This document shows positions 8,131 to 17,082 of a DNA stretch of 32,000 bases, piece after piece; position 1 is the first letter of the stretch; each line of letters starts with the position of its first letter. This DNA comes from Haloferax volcanii DS2. Its GTDB lineage: Archaea; Halobacteriota; Halobacteria; Halobacteriales; Haloferacaceae. The translations under genes and the position numbers were made by a program. The DNA is taken from the NCBI RefSeq assembly GCF_000025685.1, contig NC_013967.1:2190001-2222000 (forward strand), read 5' to 3'. A model generated the notes under the pieces. That model was given only the letters and a program-made list of their open reading frames with translations. It did no database searches and was not told where the DNA came from.

Positions 8131-8140
8131 TTTTTATAAC
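8131..8140 (+). promoter_or_regulatory. TATA-like box for leaderless 8162..9088
   Basis: tttttataac ends about 22-23 nt upstream of ATG 8162, the typical haloarchaeal TATA-to-start spacing for leaderless mRNAs. Confidence 0.5.
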
Positions 8141-8161
8141 TACCCCACCCACGTACCACGT

Positions 8162-9088
8162 ATGCAGACGCACATCGTTCCCGTCGGCTTCGACTACGAC
8201 CGACTCATCGCGCCGCTCATCCGCGATCAGTTGGACGTGGACCGCGTCATCCTCCTCGAGGGGGCCGTCGGGAGCGAGGCGAACGTCGAGTACTCGCGGA
8301 ACCTCTCGGGAAAGCTCGAAAAGGACTTCGAGAACCTCCTCGGCGCGGAGACCGAACGCGTCATCGTCGACGACGTGTACGACTACGACGCGGCGTTCGA
8401 GCAGGCGTACGACCTCATCAACGCCGAACTCGACGCCGACGACGAACTCCGCGGCGACGACGACGAACCCGGCGAGGTGTGGGTCAACGTGAGCGCGATG
8501 CCCCGGCCGGTCTCCTTCGCCTTCGCCACCGCCGCCCACTCCATCATGGTCGAGCGACAGGCCGACCGCGAGCGCATCCACACCTACTACACGGCCCCCG
8601 AGAAGTACCTCGAAACCGAACTCGCAGAGGAGTTGCGGACCGAGCGCGCCCTTCTCCAGGACCTCCTCGACTCCGGCGAAATCGACGCCGACCGCATCCG
8701 CGAGCGCCTCGACGCCACCTCCGACCTGCTGTCGGAGTTCGACGAGCGCGGGACGACCATCGGCGCGAAGCAGATAGACGGCCGCCACATCGTCGAACTC
8801 CCGGTGGCCTCCTTCTCCAACGTCAAGCCGTTCGAGGAGGTCATCCTGTTCAAACTCGGTGAGCACGGCGAGTTCGGGTCGGTCTCCGAACTCGCGGAGG
8901 CGCTCGCCCGCGAGATGAACGAGGAGTACACCGACTCCTTCCGGTCGAAGGTTATCTACAACGTCGACCGCCTCGGCCCCGGCGGCAAGGGCTACATCGA
9001 ACAGGAAGAACGCGGGAAGTCCTACCGGACGCGCCTCTCCCGCATCGGTGAACTGTGGGTCCGCGCCCACGCCGACAGCGACGAGTAG
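8162..9088 (+). CDS. Transcriptional regulator with Csa3/CARF-like N-terminal domain and C-terminal winged helix (HFX_2341/DUF6293-like)
   Basis: 308 aa. The N-terminus MQTHIVPVGFDYDRLIAPL and the later VWVNVSAMPRPVSFAF resemble the beta1-GF and beta4 TxGxR elements of Csa3-type CARF Rossmann folds. The C-terminus (SVSELAEALA...KVIYNVDRL...GYIEQEERGKSYRTRLSRIGELW) looks like a wHTH. Confidence 0.65.
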   Translation: MQTHIVPVGFDYDRLIAPLIRDQLDVDRVILLEGAVGSEANVEYSRNLSGKLEKDFENLLGAETERVIVDDVYDYDAAFEQAYDLINAELDADDELRGDDDEPGEVWVNVSAMPRPVSFAFATAAHSIMVERQADRERIHTYYTAPEKYLETELAEELRTERALLQDLLDSGEIDADRIRERLDATSDLLSEFDERGTTIGAKQIDGRHIVELPVASFSNVKPFEEVILFKLGEHGEFGSVSELAEALAREMNEEYTDSFRSKVIYNVDRLGPGGKGYIEQEERGKSYRTRLSRIGELWVRAHADSDE

Positions 9089-9096
9089 GCGGCGGG

Positions 9097-9120
9097 CGGT
9101 CGTCGTTTTTTCTCCGACCG
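9097..9120 (+). terminator. Hairpin with T6 run downstream of 8162..9088
   Basis: CGGTCG (9097-9102) pairs with CGACCG (9115-9120) around a T6 run (9106-9111), 9 nt after the stop. Oligo-T tracts are archaeal termination signals. Confidence 0.45.
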
Positions 9121-9130
9121 AGTCGCGGCG

Positions 9131-10186
9131 TCAGAACTCCAGGCCGGACGGGTCAGCCGACGGCACGAGCGGGCTCGTCGGCAGGTCCGCCGGCGGGTCG
9201 GGGAGGTTGTACTCGCGGGGGGCCACGTCGTTCGGGCCGTCGGGATAGAACACCGACGCGAGCAGTTGGATGTGGTCGCGCCCCGCGTCGAGTTCGAACT
9301 GGCCGCCGCCGTACAGCGACATCCCGCGCTCGTCGGCGTACTCGATGGTGTCGAACAGCGACTCGACCGTGCCGAACCGCGAGGGTTTGACGTTCAGCCA
9401 CGACGGCTCGAACGGGAGGCGCTCGACGGATTCGACGCCGGTAATCGGGGCGTCCCACGAGACGCGGCCTTCGCGGCCGTCGAACAGCGGGCGCGTCTCG
9501 TCGGTGAACGCCGGGTCCTCGACGACGGCGTCCGGGAACCCCGACAGGATGCGCTCGTACAGTTCCGGGTCGGGGGCTTGGTCCACGTCGGTCCCCTCGT
9601 AGTAGCCTTTGAGGTCGAGGATGCGGACGCGGTCGCGGGCGGCGAGCGACGCCACAAGCTCATCGTCCCAGTCAGTTGTCGGGTCGAGTTTGAACTCGCA
9701 GTCGGGGTCGCGGGCGGCGAGCAGTTCGACGCGGTCGGCCGACGGCGGGTTCCCGAGACGGGTGCTGACGACGAACCGGAGCGGGTCGCGCTCGCGGGAG
9801 ACGGCGGACGCGAGGTCGGTGTCGGCCTGCCGGAGCGCGAGGTCGAGGCCGGCGGATTCGAGCGCCCAGCGCCGGTAGTGTTCGGCCGTCTCGCGCTCGG
9901 GGGCTTTCGTCGGAAACAGGTCCACGCCGTCGAGCGCCGCGGAGAAGGCGGCGAAGGAATCGTAGCTCCCGGCGAGGTCGAAAGCGTCTTCGGGGGCGTC
10001 AGCGAGAGCGTCGTGGTCTTCCGTGTCGTAGGTCACGTCCTCGCCGCGGCCGACCGCGCCGTCGCCGGCGAGCGAGAACACCGTCGTCTTGCGGAGAAAG
10101 CCGCTCGACGTGTCGCTCTCGAAGCGGTCGCGGGAGACGGACTCGACGGTCACCGGCAGGTCGACCACGCGGTCGAAGAGGCTCAT
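9131..10186 (-). CDS. Enolase-superfamily-like protein, function unknown
   Basis: Start set at the internal ATG (10186; MSLFDRVV...) of track ORF 9131..10264. N-terminal TTVFSLAGDGAVGRGED resembles the capping-domain G.GE element of MR/MLE enzymes. NVKPSRFGTVESL resembles the barrel iK..k.GG segment. The family call is tentative. Confidence 0.5.
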   Translation of the reverse strand: MSLFDRVVDLPVTVESVSRDRFESDTSSGFLRKTTVFSLAGDGAVGRGEDVTYDTEDHDALADAPEDAFDLAGSYDSFAAFSAALDGVDLFPTKAPERETAEHYRRWALESAGLDLALRQADTDLASAVSRERDPLRFVVSTRLGNPPSADRVELLAARDPDCEFKLDPTTDWDDELVASLAARDRVRILDLKGYYEGTDVDQAPDPELYERILSGFPDAVVEDPAFTDETRPLFDGREGRVSWDAPITGVESVERLPFEPSWLNVKPSRFGTVESLFDTIEYADERGMSLYGGGQFELDAGRDHIQLLASVFYPDGPNDVAPREYNLPDPPADLPTSPLVPSADPSGLEF

Positions 10187-10229
10187 GGCGTGTCGGTTGG
10201 GCGGGGCGAGGCAAAAGGCTACGTCCGAT

Positions 10230-10976
10230 TCAATCCACGACGCCCCGTTCGAGCTTTGCGACACGCGTCGCGAGCGCGAGGAACGTCGCCGCGACGGTCA
10301 GGAGGACCGCGCCCGCCGCGGCGTACTCGTGGGCGGGCGAGACGTGCTGGACGACGCCGTCGACGACCGGCTCGGCCGGGATGAGGGTGTGGTGCGGCGT
10401 GCCCACGATGGGAACGAAGTAGTCCAAGAGGTCGTTGAGGGCGTACCAGCCGACCGCGACGAGGACGGCGGGGGTCGGGAACTCGGCGTACCGCTGGATG
10501 AGGAAGGCCTCGACGACCATGGCGAGGTGGCTCCAGAAGAGGAAGTTGTACATCGCCCAGTGGAGGTACGAGAAGTCGCCTTTGAAGGCGAGGAGGACGT
10601 ACGGCGTCCACAGCCCGAGTTTGAGACAGCCGAAGAAGGCGAGGGCGTTGACGTACTCGTTCGAGCGCCCGAGTTTCCAGAGCGCGAGCGACAGCGCGAT
10701 AAACAGCGTGGCGACCGGGCTGTCGGGGACGAGCGGCCACATCGCGGTCGGTTCGATGCCGAACTGGTAGCCGTAGTACCAGAAACCGAAGGCGGTCCCG
10801 ACGAGGTTGATGACGACCACGAGCCACGCGATGTTGAGGCCGAAGTTCTCCAGCCACTCCGGCAGGGGGGCGAGCCACCGCGGCAGGTCGGTTCCCGCCG
10901 GGAGGCCGTCGTCCCAGATGAGTCGGCGGGGGTCGTCGAGCAGTCGGCGTAGTCGGGTCGCCGCGTCCATACCCAC
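10230..10976 (-). CDS. DUF1405-like integral membrane protein
   Basis: 248 aa with about 6 TM segments and many aromatic residues (FGFWYYGYQF, LGLWTPYVLL). It resembles the DUF1405/YpjA family. The start at 10976 is GTG; an alternative ATG lies at 10970. Confidence 0.6.
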   Translation of the reverse strand: MGMDAATRLRRLLDDPRRLIWDDGLPAGTDLPRWLAPLPEWLENFGLNIAWLVVVINLVGTAFGFWYYGYQFGIEPTAMWPLVPDSPVATLFIALSLALWKLGRSNEYVNALAFFGCLKLGLWTPYVLLAFKGDFSYLHWAMYNFLFWSHLAMVVEAFLIQRYAEFPTPAVLVAVGWYALNDLLDYFVPIVGTPHHTLIPAEPVVDGVVQHVSPAHEYAAAGAVLLTVAATFLALATRVAKLERGVVD

Positions 10977-11119
10977 GCCGAAGCGGGGGGACGCAAAAGT
11001 GATGCCGGTCTCGGTGACTGCGGCCGGTGTCGTCGACCGCGAAACACGACCTGTGCGGAATGCGAACGGTTGGCGCGTGGAAGCGACCGCTTAAGTGAAC
11101 CCGGTCGCAAGCGACGGAT

Positions 11120-12028
11120 ATGCCAGAGGAGACCGACCTAGAGGAACTTCGGCGCGGGACCGAACTCGTCAAGCGCGGGTTCGCCCAGATGCAGAAGGGC
11201 GGCGTCATCATGGACGTCGTGAACGCAGAGCAAGCGAAAATCGCGGAGGAAGCCGGCGCGGTCGCCGTCATGGCGCTCGAAGCCGTCCCGGCCGACATCC
11301 GCAAGCGCGGCGGGGTCTCCCGGATGGCCGACCCCGAGACGGTCACGGAGATTATCGACGCCGTCTCCATCCCGGTGATGGGGAAGGCCCGCATCGGCCA
11401 CCACACCGAGGCGCAGATTCTCGAATCCATCGGCGTGGATATGATAGACGAGAGCGAGGTGCTCACCCCGGCGGACAACGACTACCACATCGACAAGCGC
11501 GAGTTCACCTCGCCGTTCGTCTGTGGCGCGCGCAACCTCCCCGAGGCGCTCCGCCGCATCAACGAGGGCGCGGCGATGATTCGCACCAAGGGCGAGGCCG
11601 GCACGGGCGACGTGAACCAGGCCGTCACCCACCAGCGCACCATCAAACACCAGATTCGCAGCCTGACCGGCCTCAACTTCGACGAGCGCGAGAAGTGGGC
11701 CCGCGAGCACGAAGCGCCCGCCGAACTCGTCCACGAGACGGCGGAGATGGGACGCCTGCCGGTCGTCAACTTCGCGGCCGGCGGCATCGCCACGCCCGCG
11801 GACGCCGCGCTCATGATGTACCACGAGTGCGACGGCATCTTCGTGGGCTCCGGCATCTTCGGCGCGGAGGACCCAGAACGGATGGGCGAGGCCATCGTCG
11901 AGGCTGTCAACAACTGGGACGACCCGGACACGCTCGCCGACATCGCCGCCGGCATCGGCAAGGGCATGAAGGGCGAGGCGAACGTCGGCATGGCCGACGA
12001 GGACAAACTTCAGGGCCGCGGCGTCTAA
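11120..12028 (+). CDS. pdxS: Pyridoxal 5'-phosphate synthase lyase subunit PdxS
   Basis: 302 aa. [46 protein letters not shown] and [10 protein letters not shown] are canonical PdxS/SNZ sequences. Confidence 0.95.
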   Translation: MPEETDLEELRRGTELVKRGFAQMQKGGVIMDVVNAEQAKIAEEAGAVAVMALEAVPADIRKRGGVSRMADPETVTEIIDAVSIPVMGKARIGHHTEAQILESIGVDMIDESEVLTPADNDYHIDKREFTSPFVCGARNLPEALRRINEGAAMIRTKGEAGTGDVNQAVTHQRTIKHQIRSLTGLNFDEREKWAREHEAPAELVHETAEMGRLPVVNFAAGGIATPADAALMMYHECDGIFVGSGIFGAEDPERMGEAIVEAVNNWDDPDTLADIAAGIGKGMKGEANVGMADEDKLQGRGV

Positions 12029-12119
12029 CGCGGCGGTATCCGGCGGCCGCCGACTGACTCACCGTCTCGGTTTTCGATTCCTTCCGGTTCCACTTTTCTT
12101 CGGTCTCGGCGCTCCGCTC

Positions 12120-12623
12120 TCAGGCGAGGAGTCCCGACTTCCCCTTTTCGTTCCCCTTCGCGTCGTCGGACGACGCCTCGCCGAGGAGGACGGTGACCGG
12201 GCCGTCGAAGTTGAGCATGACCGACTGCGTCATGTCTCGGGAGATTAGCTTTCCGGCGGGCGAGCGGCGGCGACCGGCGATAAAGAGGTGGTCACAGCCT
12301 TCCCAGCGGGCCGTCTCTAAGATGGTGTCGGCCTCGGGGCCGATGTCCGCGACGATGCGGTAGTCGAGGTCCAGCCCCTCGAACGCCTCGCGGGCGACGC
12401 GCTTGGCGCGGCGGGTGGCCGACTCGATGGCCTGGTCGATGCCGTACACCACGTCCGAGGAGCCGACGCTGGCGAGCGCCGAGCGGGTCCGCTCGAACTC
12501 CTCGTCCGGGAGAACCGTGAGGACGACGAGTTCCGCGCCGCTGCCGGCGGCGAGTTCGCCCGCCTCGCGGAGGATTCGCTGCGACCGTTCTTCGGGGGAG
12601 ACGACGACGAGTGCTCGTTCCAT
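12120..12623 (-). CDS. Universal stress protein (UspA family)
   Basis: 167 aa. ALVVVSPEERSQRILREA...AELVVLTV and the C-terminal HLFIAGRRRSPAGKL...VLL motif are typical of Usp domains. Confidence 0.8.
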   Translation of the reverse strand: MERALVVVSPEERSQRILREAGELAAGSGAELVVLTVLPDEEFERTRSALASVGSSDVVYGIDQAIESATRRAKRVAREAFEGLDLDYRIVADIGPEADTILETARWEGCDHLFIAGRRRSPAGKLISRDMTQSVMLNFDGPVTVLLGEASSDDAKGNEKGKSGLLA

Positions 12624-12756
12624 GATTCGAATATATCGTGATAATGAGAAAAGTCTTCTCGGAATCGTGTTATCACCGGCCGCGACAACGCGTTACAGTG
12701 ACTCAGGCGCGAGAAAAGGCGAGATGCGAGTGTGCGAGTGGTTCTCTCTGTACCAC

Positions 12757-13638
12757 TCAGGATTCGAATACTTCGGCCCCGCGACCGACCCGCGTCTTGT
12801 AGGCGCGGGCGGCCACGTCGGCCTCGTCGAACGCTTCGAGCATCGCGCCGGCGACGCGGGTGCGGTCGGCGGCTTGGCAGACGCCGAGGACCGACGGGCC
12901 GGCACCGGAGACGGTGACGCCGGTCGCGCCCGCAGCGAGGGCGGCCTCGCGGACGTCGTGGTAGCCGTTGATGAGTTTCGCCCGCGCGGGCGTGACGACG
13001 CGGTCGTCCATCCCCGCGCCGACGAGGTCGGCGTCGCGGCGGCACATCCCGACCGCGAGGGTCGCCGCCCGGCCGACCGTGTGGACCATGTCCTCGATGC
13101 TGGCGTCGCTCGGGACGACGCGGCGGGCGTCGCGGGTCGAGACGGCGATTTCGGGGAGGCAGGCGACGAGCGGGATGTCGGCGTCGACGGTCGTGACGCC
13201 CTCGTCGGTCGCGACGGTGAAGCCGCCGAGGAGTGCGGGCGCGACGTTGTCGGCGTGGGCCTCGCCGGAGACGACCGCTTCGCCCTCGGCGGCGACGGGG
13301 ACGAGTTCCTCCCGGGAGAGGCCGCGGTCGTACAGTTCGTTCAGCGCGACCGCGGCGGCGGCCGAGCTCGCCGCCGACGACCCGAGGCCGGACGACGGGC
13401 GGACGCCCTTGTCGATGCGGATGTGCGCGGGGGCGTCGAGCGCCTCCGCGACCGCACCGACGACGTTCCGGTCGGGGTCGGTCGGGATGTACTGGCTGCC
13501 GACGCCGGTCACTTCGATTGTCGTCCGGTCCGCCCGTTCGACGTGCACGATGTCGGCGGGGCGGTCGAGAGCCACGCCGAAAACATCGAACCCACTTCCG
13601 AGGTTGGCGCTCGTGGCGGGTGCGCGGACCGTAACCAT
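12757..13638 (-). CDS. thrB: Homoserine kinase
   Basis: 293 aa. N-terminal APATSANLGSGFDVFGVAL and the GHMP motif PSSGLGSSAASSAAA. A TATA-like catttttatc lies 23-32 nt upstream on the minus strand. Confidence 0.9.
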   Translation of the reverse strand: MVTVRAPATSANLGSGFDVFGVALDRPADIVHVERADRTTIEVTGVGSQYIPTDPDRNVVGAVAEALDAPAHIRIDKGVRPSSGLGSSAASSAAAAVALNELYDRGLSREELVPVAAEGEAVVSGEAHADNVAPALLGGFTVATDEGVTTVDADIPLVACLPEIAVSTRDARRVVPSDASIEDMVHTVGRAATLAVGMCRRDADLVGAGMDDRVVTPARAKLINGYHDVREAALAAGATGVTVSGAGPSVLGVCQAADRTRVAGAMLEAFDEADVAARAYKTRVGRGAEVFES

Positions 13639-13704
13639 GCCCCGCTGTTGCCTTATCGCAGATAAAAATGTGGCGAACGTCGCAACCGACCCCTCGTCGC
13701 GCGC

Positions 13705-15525
13705 TCAGTCGCTCGTCGACTGCTCCGCGTTCGCGGGCTCGGGGTCGGTCTCGACTCCGGTGAACTCGAACCGCGCCCCGGCGGCGTCCGACTCGCCGAG
13801 GCTGACGGACCAACCGTGGGCGTCCGCAATCGTCTTGACGATGGGCAGGCCGAAGCCCGTCCCGTTTTCGTGGGTCGTGTACCCTCGCTCGAACACGTCG
13901 GCGCGCTCCGCCTCGGAGATGCCGGAGCCGTCGTCTTCGACGGTGAAGCCGCCGTCGACTCCCGTGACGACGACGGTGAGCGAGCCGCCGTCGGAGCCGT
14001 GCTCGACGGCGTCACCAGACGCAGTCAGGTTGCCCGTGGAACCATGTTCGACGGCGTCGTCGGGAGTATCCCGACTGCCCGTCGAGCCGTGCTCGACGGC
14101 GTTCCGAAACAGGTTCTCGAACAGCTGGCGGAGGCGGCCGCGGTCGGCCGCGATAGTCCGGTCGACCCGAACGTCGAGGGTCGCGTCGCCGACGACCGTG
14201 CCGTCCCACGCCTCCTGTGCGACGGTTCGGAGGGCGACCGGCGTCACGTTCGTGAGCGTCTCGCCCTCCCGCGCCAGCGTGAGGAGGTCCTCGATGATGG
14301 TCTCCATCCGGTCGTGGGCGTTCTCGATTCGCTCGAAGTACTCCGCGTCGCCGGTCTCGGCCGCCAGTTCGAGATAGCCGCGGGCGACGGTGAGCGGGTT
14401 CCGAAGGTCGTGGGAGACGACCGACGCGAACTCGTCGAGCCGCTCGTTTTGGCGTTCGAGCCGTCGCTCGCGTTCGACCCGTTCGGTCACGTCGCGGACG
14501 AGCACGAGCGACCCCGACATGTCGGACTCGTCGCCCAGCGGCGTCGTCTCGACGAGGAGGGCGCGCTCGCCGTCCTCCGTCGTGAGGGTCGCCTCCGCCT
14601 CCGACCCAGCGGTCGGGACGCCGCCCAACGCGTCGACCAGTTCCGTGGGGAGGACGCGCGCGACGGACTGCCCGTAGGCGTCCGAGAGGGGGAGCGAGAG
14701 GAACCGCTCGCCCGCGGGGTTGACGTCGATGACGCGCCCGTCGCCGTCGAGGACGAGCGCGGCGTCGTGCATCGACTCGACGGCCGATTCCCACGCGACG
14801 GGGACGAGCGTGAACAGCCGGTGGTGGAAGACGCTCCACGCGACGGCGGCCGAGGTGACGGAGAAGGCCAACACGGGGAGGTCGAGACCGGGGACCGGAC
14901 TCAGTCCGGCGACGCAGACGACGCCGCCGACGGCCGGGACCAGACCGCCGCCGAGGAGCGCGAGCGTCTGCTTCCGGTAGATGCCGTCGGCCCGCAGGAG
15001 CGTCCGGCCGAGGACGCCGCACCCGAGCAGGATGAGCGCGTAGGCGTAGGCGATGAAGCCGTCGAACGCGACGCCGTGTTCGTTGACGAGGACGGCGTAG
15101 CCGTGGTCGGCGTCGACCCAGAGGTCGGTCCAGATGAGCCCGTGCCACGGGTTCGTCACCACGAGCGCGACGACGGCGACCGGCACGGACCCGAGTGCGA
15201 CCCACGCGGCCCGCGAGTTCAGTTTCACGCCGGCGTGGCGCAACACGTACGCGAACCACAGGAGGGGCAGCGGCGCGATGCCGACGTAGCCGAGCTGGTT
15301 CAACAGCACCTTCGTCGAGAAGTCGGTCACGGAGAGTTCGAGCGCGTACGTCCCCATCCAGAGCCCGGACGCGACCAACAGGAGCGCGCCGAGGGTCGCG
15401 CCGGGCACGAGGCGGCGCTCCGTCCGGCGGCGGAAGAGGTAGGCGGCGAGGACGACAAAGAGGAGCGCACCGATTCCGATGGGAATCGTGTACGGCGTCG
15501 TTTGCCAGTACGGAGCACCGTGCAT
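13705..15525 (-). CDS. Sensor histidine kinase (N-terminal 7TM, PAS, HisKA, HATPase_c)
   Basis: Start set at the internal ATG (15525; MHGAPYWQTTPYTIPIG...) of track ORF 13705..16071. It has about 7 TM helices, an H-box SVVSHDLRNPL, an N-box LFRNAVEHG, and G-boxes DDGSGI and GTGFGL. Confidence 0.9.
   Translation of the reverse strand: MHGAPYWQTTPYTIPIGIGALLFVVLAAYLFRRRTERRLVPGATLGALLLVASGLWMGTYALELSVTDFSTKVLLNQLGYVGIAPLPLLWFAYVLRHAGVKLNSRAAWVALGSVPVAVVALVVTNPWHGLIWTDLWVDADHGYAVLVNEHGVAFDGFIAYAYALILLGCGVLGRTLLRADGIYRKQTLALLGGGLVPAVGGVVCVAGLSPVPGLDLPVLAFSVTSAAVAWSVFHHRLFTLVPVAWESAVESMHDAALVLDGDGRVIDVNPAGERFLSLPLSDAYGQSVARVLPTELVDALGGVPTAGSEAEATLTTEDGERALLVETTPLGDESDMSGSLVLVRDVTERVERERRLERQNERLDEFASVVSHDLRNPLTVARGYLELAAETGDAEYFERIENAHDRMETIIEDLLTLAREGETLTNVTPVALRTVAQEAWDGTVVGDATLDVRVDRTIAADRGRLRQLFENLFRNAVEHGSTGSRDTPDDAVEHGSTGNLTASGDAVEHGSDGGSLTVVVTGVDGGFTVEDDGSGISEAERADVFERGYTTHENGTGFGLPIVKTIADAHGWSVSLGESDAAGARFEFTGVETDPEPANAEQSTSD
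13985..14105 (-). repeat. In-frame tandem 45-bp (15-aa) triplication inside the kinase ATP-binding domain
   Basis: An 18-nt core encoding (N/D)AVEHG occurs at 13996-14013, 14041-14058 and 14086-14103 with an exact 45-nt period. The protein reads NAVEHGSTGSRDTPD-DAVEHGSTGNLTASG-DAVEHGSDGG. Confidence 0.8.
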
Positions 15526-15621
15526 GCCCCGCTTTCTATCGACAGGGGTTAAAACTCCCACCGTCGGCGCCGGAACCGGCCAATCAGAAAGGACTTTCCA
15601 CCCCACGCCGAACCTCGGGGC

Positions 15622-16935
15622 ATGATAGGCATCGTCGGCGGCGGCATCGCGGGCCTCGCCGCGGCGTACCGACTCCAGAACCGGGGTCACGACGTTCGAG
15701 TCTTCGAGGCGGCTGACTCCCTCGGCGGCCTCGCAGCGACCTACGAGACGAACGGCGACGACATCGAGAAGTTCTACCACCACCTCTCGAAGTCCGAAGA
15801 AACCATCGTCGAACTCGCCGCGGAACTCGGCCTCGAAGACGACTTGGAGTGGCGCATCGGCAAGAACGCCTACTACGTCGACGGCGTCGTCCACCCGCTG
15901 GACACCGCGTGGCAAATCGCCGCGTACCCCCACATGAGCCTCTACGACAAGTTCCGCCTCGGCATGCTTACCCTCGGCGTCGACGTGCGCGGGGGTATCC
16001 CCGACTTCGACGCCTACGAGGAACTCGCGGAGTACGAACACACCCCAATCGAGGAGTTCGTCGTCGAGCACACGACCCGCGGCGTCTACGACAACTTCGT
16101 CGACCCGCTTTTGGACGGCAAGTTCGGTGAGCGCAAACGCGACGTGTCGGCGTCGTGGTTCCTCGGGCGCGTGCGCTTCCGCGGCGAGCGCGACCTACTG
16201 CGCGGCGAGAAACTCGGCTACTTCGACGGCGGCTTCGCGCCCTTCATCGACGCGCTGGTCGAGGCGGTCGGCCGCGAGCACATCGAGACCGACGCGCGCG
16301 TGACCGAACTCGACACCGACGGCGAGGCGGTCTCGACGCTGACCGTCGAGACGGACGACGGGACCGAGACCCACGAGGTCGAGTCGGTCGTCGTGGCGAC
16401 GATGCCGAACGTGCTCGAAGACCTCACGGGCTTCCCCTGCGACATCGACTTCCAAGGGGCGGTCTGCGGGCTGGCGACCATGTCGGAGTCGCTGATGGAC
16501 ACCTACTGGCTCAACATCGCCCACGACGCGCCGTTCGGGTCGCTCATCGAGCACACGAACTTCGTGCCGAAAGAGCGCTACGGCGGCGACCACCTGCTGT
16601 ACGTCGCCAGTTACGTGCAGGGACCGCACGAAGAGCTCTGGCAGATGAGCGACGAGGAGGTCGAAGACGCGTGGTTCGACGAAATCGAGGAGATGTTCCC
16701 CGACTTCGACCGGTCGGCGGTCGAGGAGTTCAAAATCGCTCGTAACCCCCGCGCCGGCCCGGTGTACGAACGCGGCTATCTCGACCTCGTGGTCCCGTAC
16801 GACCTCGGCGACGACGTGGCCGAGGGCGTCTACTACGCGGGGATGGCGTCGGAGGCGCAGTACCCCGAGCGGTCGCTGAACGGCGGTATCGTGGCCGGCT
16901 ACGAGGTCGCGGACCGCATCGACCGCAGCCAGTAG
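15622..16935 (+). CDS. NAD(P)/FAD-dependent oxidoreductase (amine-oxidase/phytoene-desaturase-like)
   Basis: 437 aa. The N-terminal dinucleotide fold MIGIVGGGIAGLAAAY...VFEAADSLGGLA and overall length are typical of the flavin amine-oxidase-like family. The substrate cannot be inferred. Confidence 0.8.
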   Translation: MIGIVGGGIAGLAAAYRLQNRGHDVRVFEAADSLGGLAATYETNGDDIEKFYHHLSKSEETIVELAAELGLEDDLEWRIGKNAYYVDGVVHPLDTAWQIAAYPHMSLYDKFRLGMLTLGVDVRGGIPDFDAYEELAEYEHTPIEEFVVEHTTRGVYDNFVDPLLDGKFGERKRDVSASWFLGRVRFRGERDLLRGEKLGYFDGGFAPFIDALVEAVGREHIETDARVTELDTDGEAVSTLTVETDDGTETHEVESVVVATMPNVLEDLTGFPCDIDFQGAVCGLATMSESLMDTYWLNIAHDAPFGSLIEHTNFVPKERYGGDHLLYVASYVQGPHEELWQMSDEEVEDAWFDEIEEMFPDFDRSAVEEFKIARNPRAGPVYERGYLDLVVPYDLGDDVAEGVYYAGMASEAQYPERSLNGGIVAGYEVADRIDRSQ

Positions 16936-17052
16936 CCGTCACAGCGCCGTTTTCGAAGCCGTTTCAGCGCGGTTCGTCGTCGTGACGTGCGACGGTCTCT
17001 CGTGCCGCTCAGTCGCACGCTTACCGGCAATCGGTTTCCCGTTCGCAACTGC

Positions 17053-17080
17053 TTTTTAAGCTGCTGACTGACTAGTCAGT
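17053..17080 (+). promoter_or_regulatory. TATA-like box plus 14-bp perfect palindrome (putative TetR operator)
   Basis: tttttaag (17053-17060) ends 23 nt before the GTG start at 17083. The perfect palindrome ACTGACTAGTCAGT (17067-17080) fills the space between the TATA box and the start of the TetR gene. Confidence 0.55.
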
Positions 17081-17082
17081 TA

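Noticed and set aside
11081-11117. Short inverted and direct repeats around promoters. They include GCGACCG/CGGTCGC flanking the pdxS TATA-like cttaagtg, GTGATAA/TTATCAC upstream of usp (12638-12676), GTCCACC/GGTGGAC next to the DUF255 start (27051-27071), and ATGGT-N7-ACCAT before 22657.
   Set aside because: Inverted repeats of 5-7 bp within 30 nt are expected many times by chance in 32 kb of GC-biased sequence. Without conservation data they cannot be called operators.
13985-14105. Regularly spaced repeats checked as a possible mini CRISPR array.
   Set aside because: There are only three copies, with an exact 45-nt period in frame within a histidine kinase ATP-binding domain, and they encode a conserved peptide. 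No cas genes or leader. This is a coding tandem repeat.
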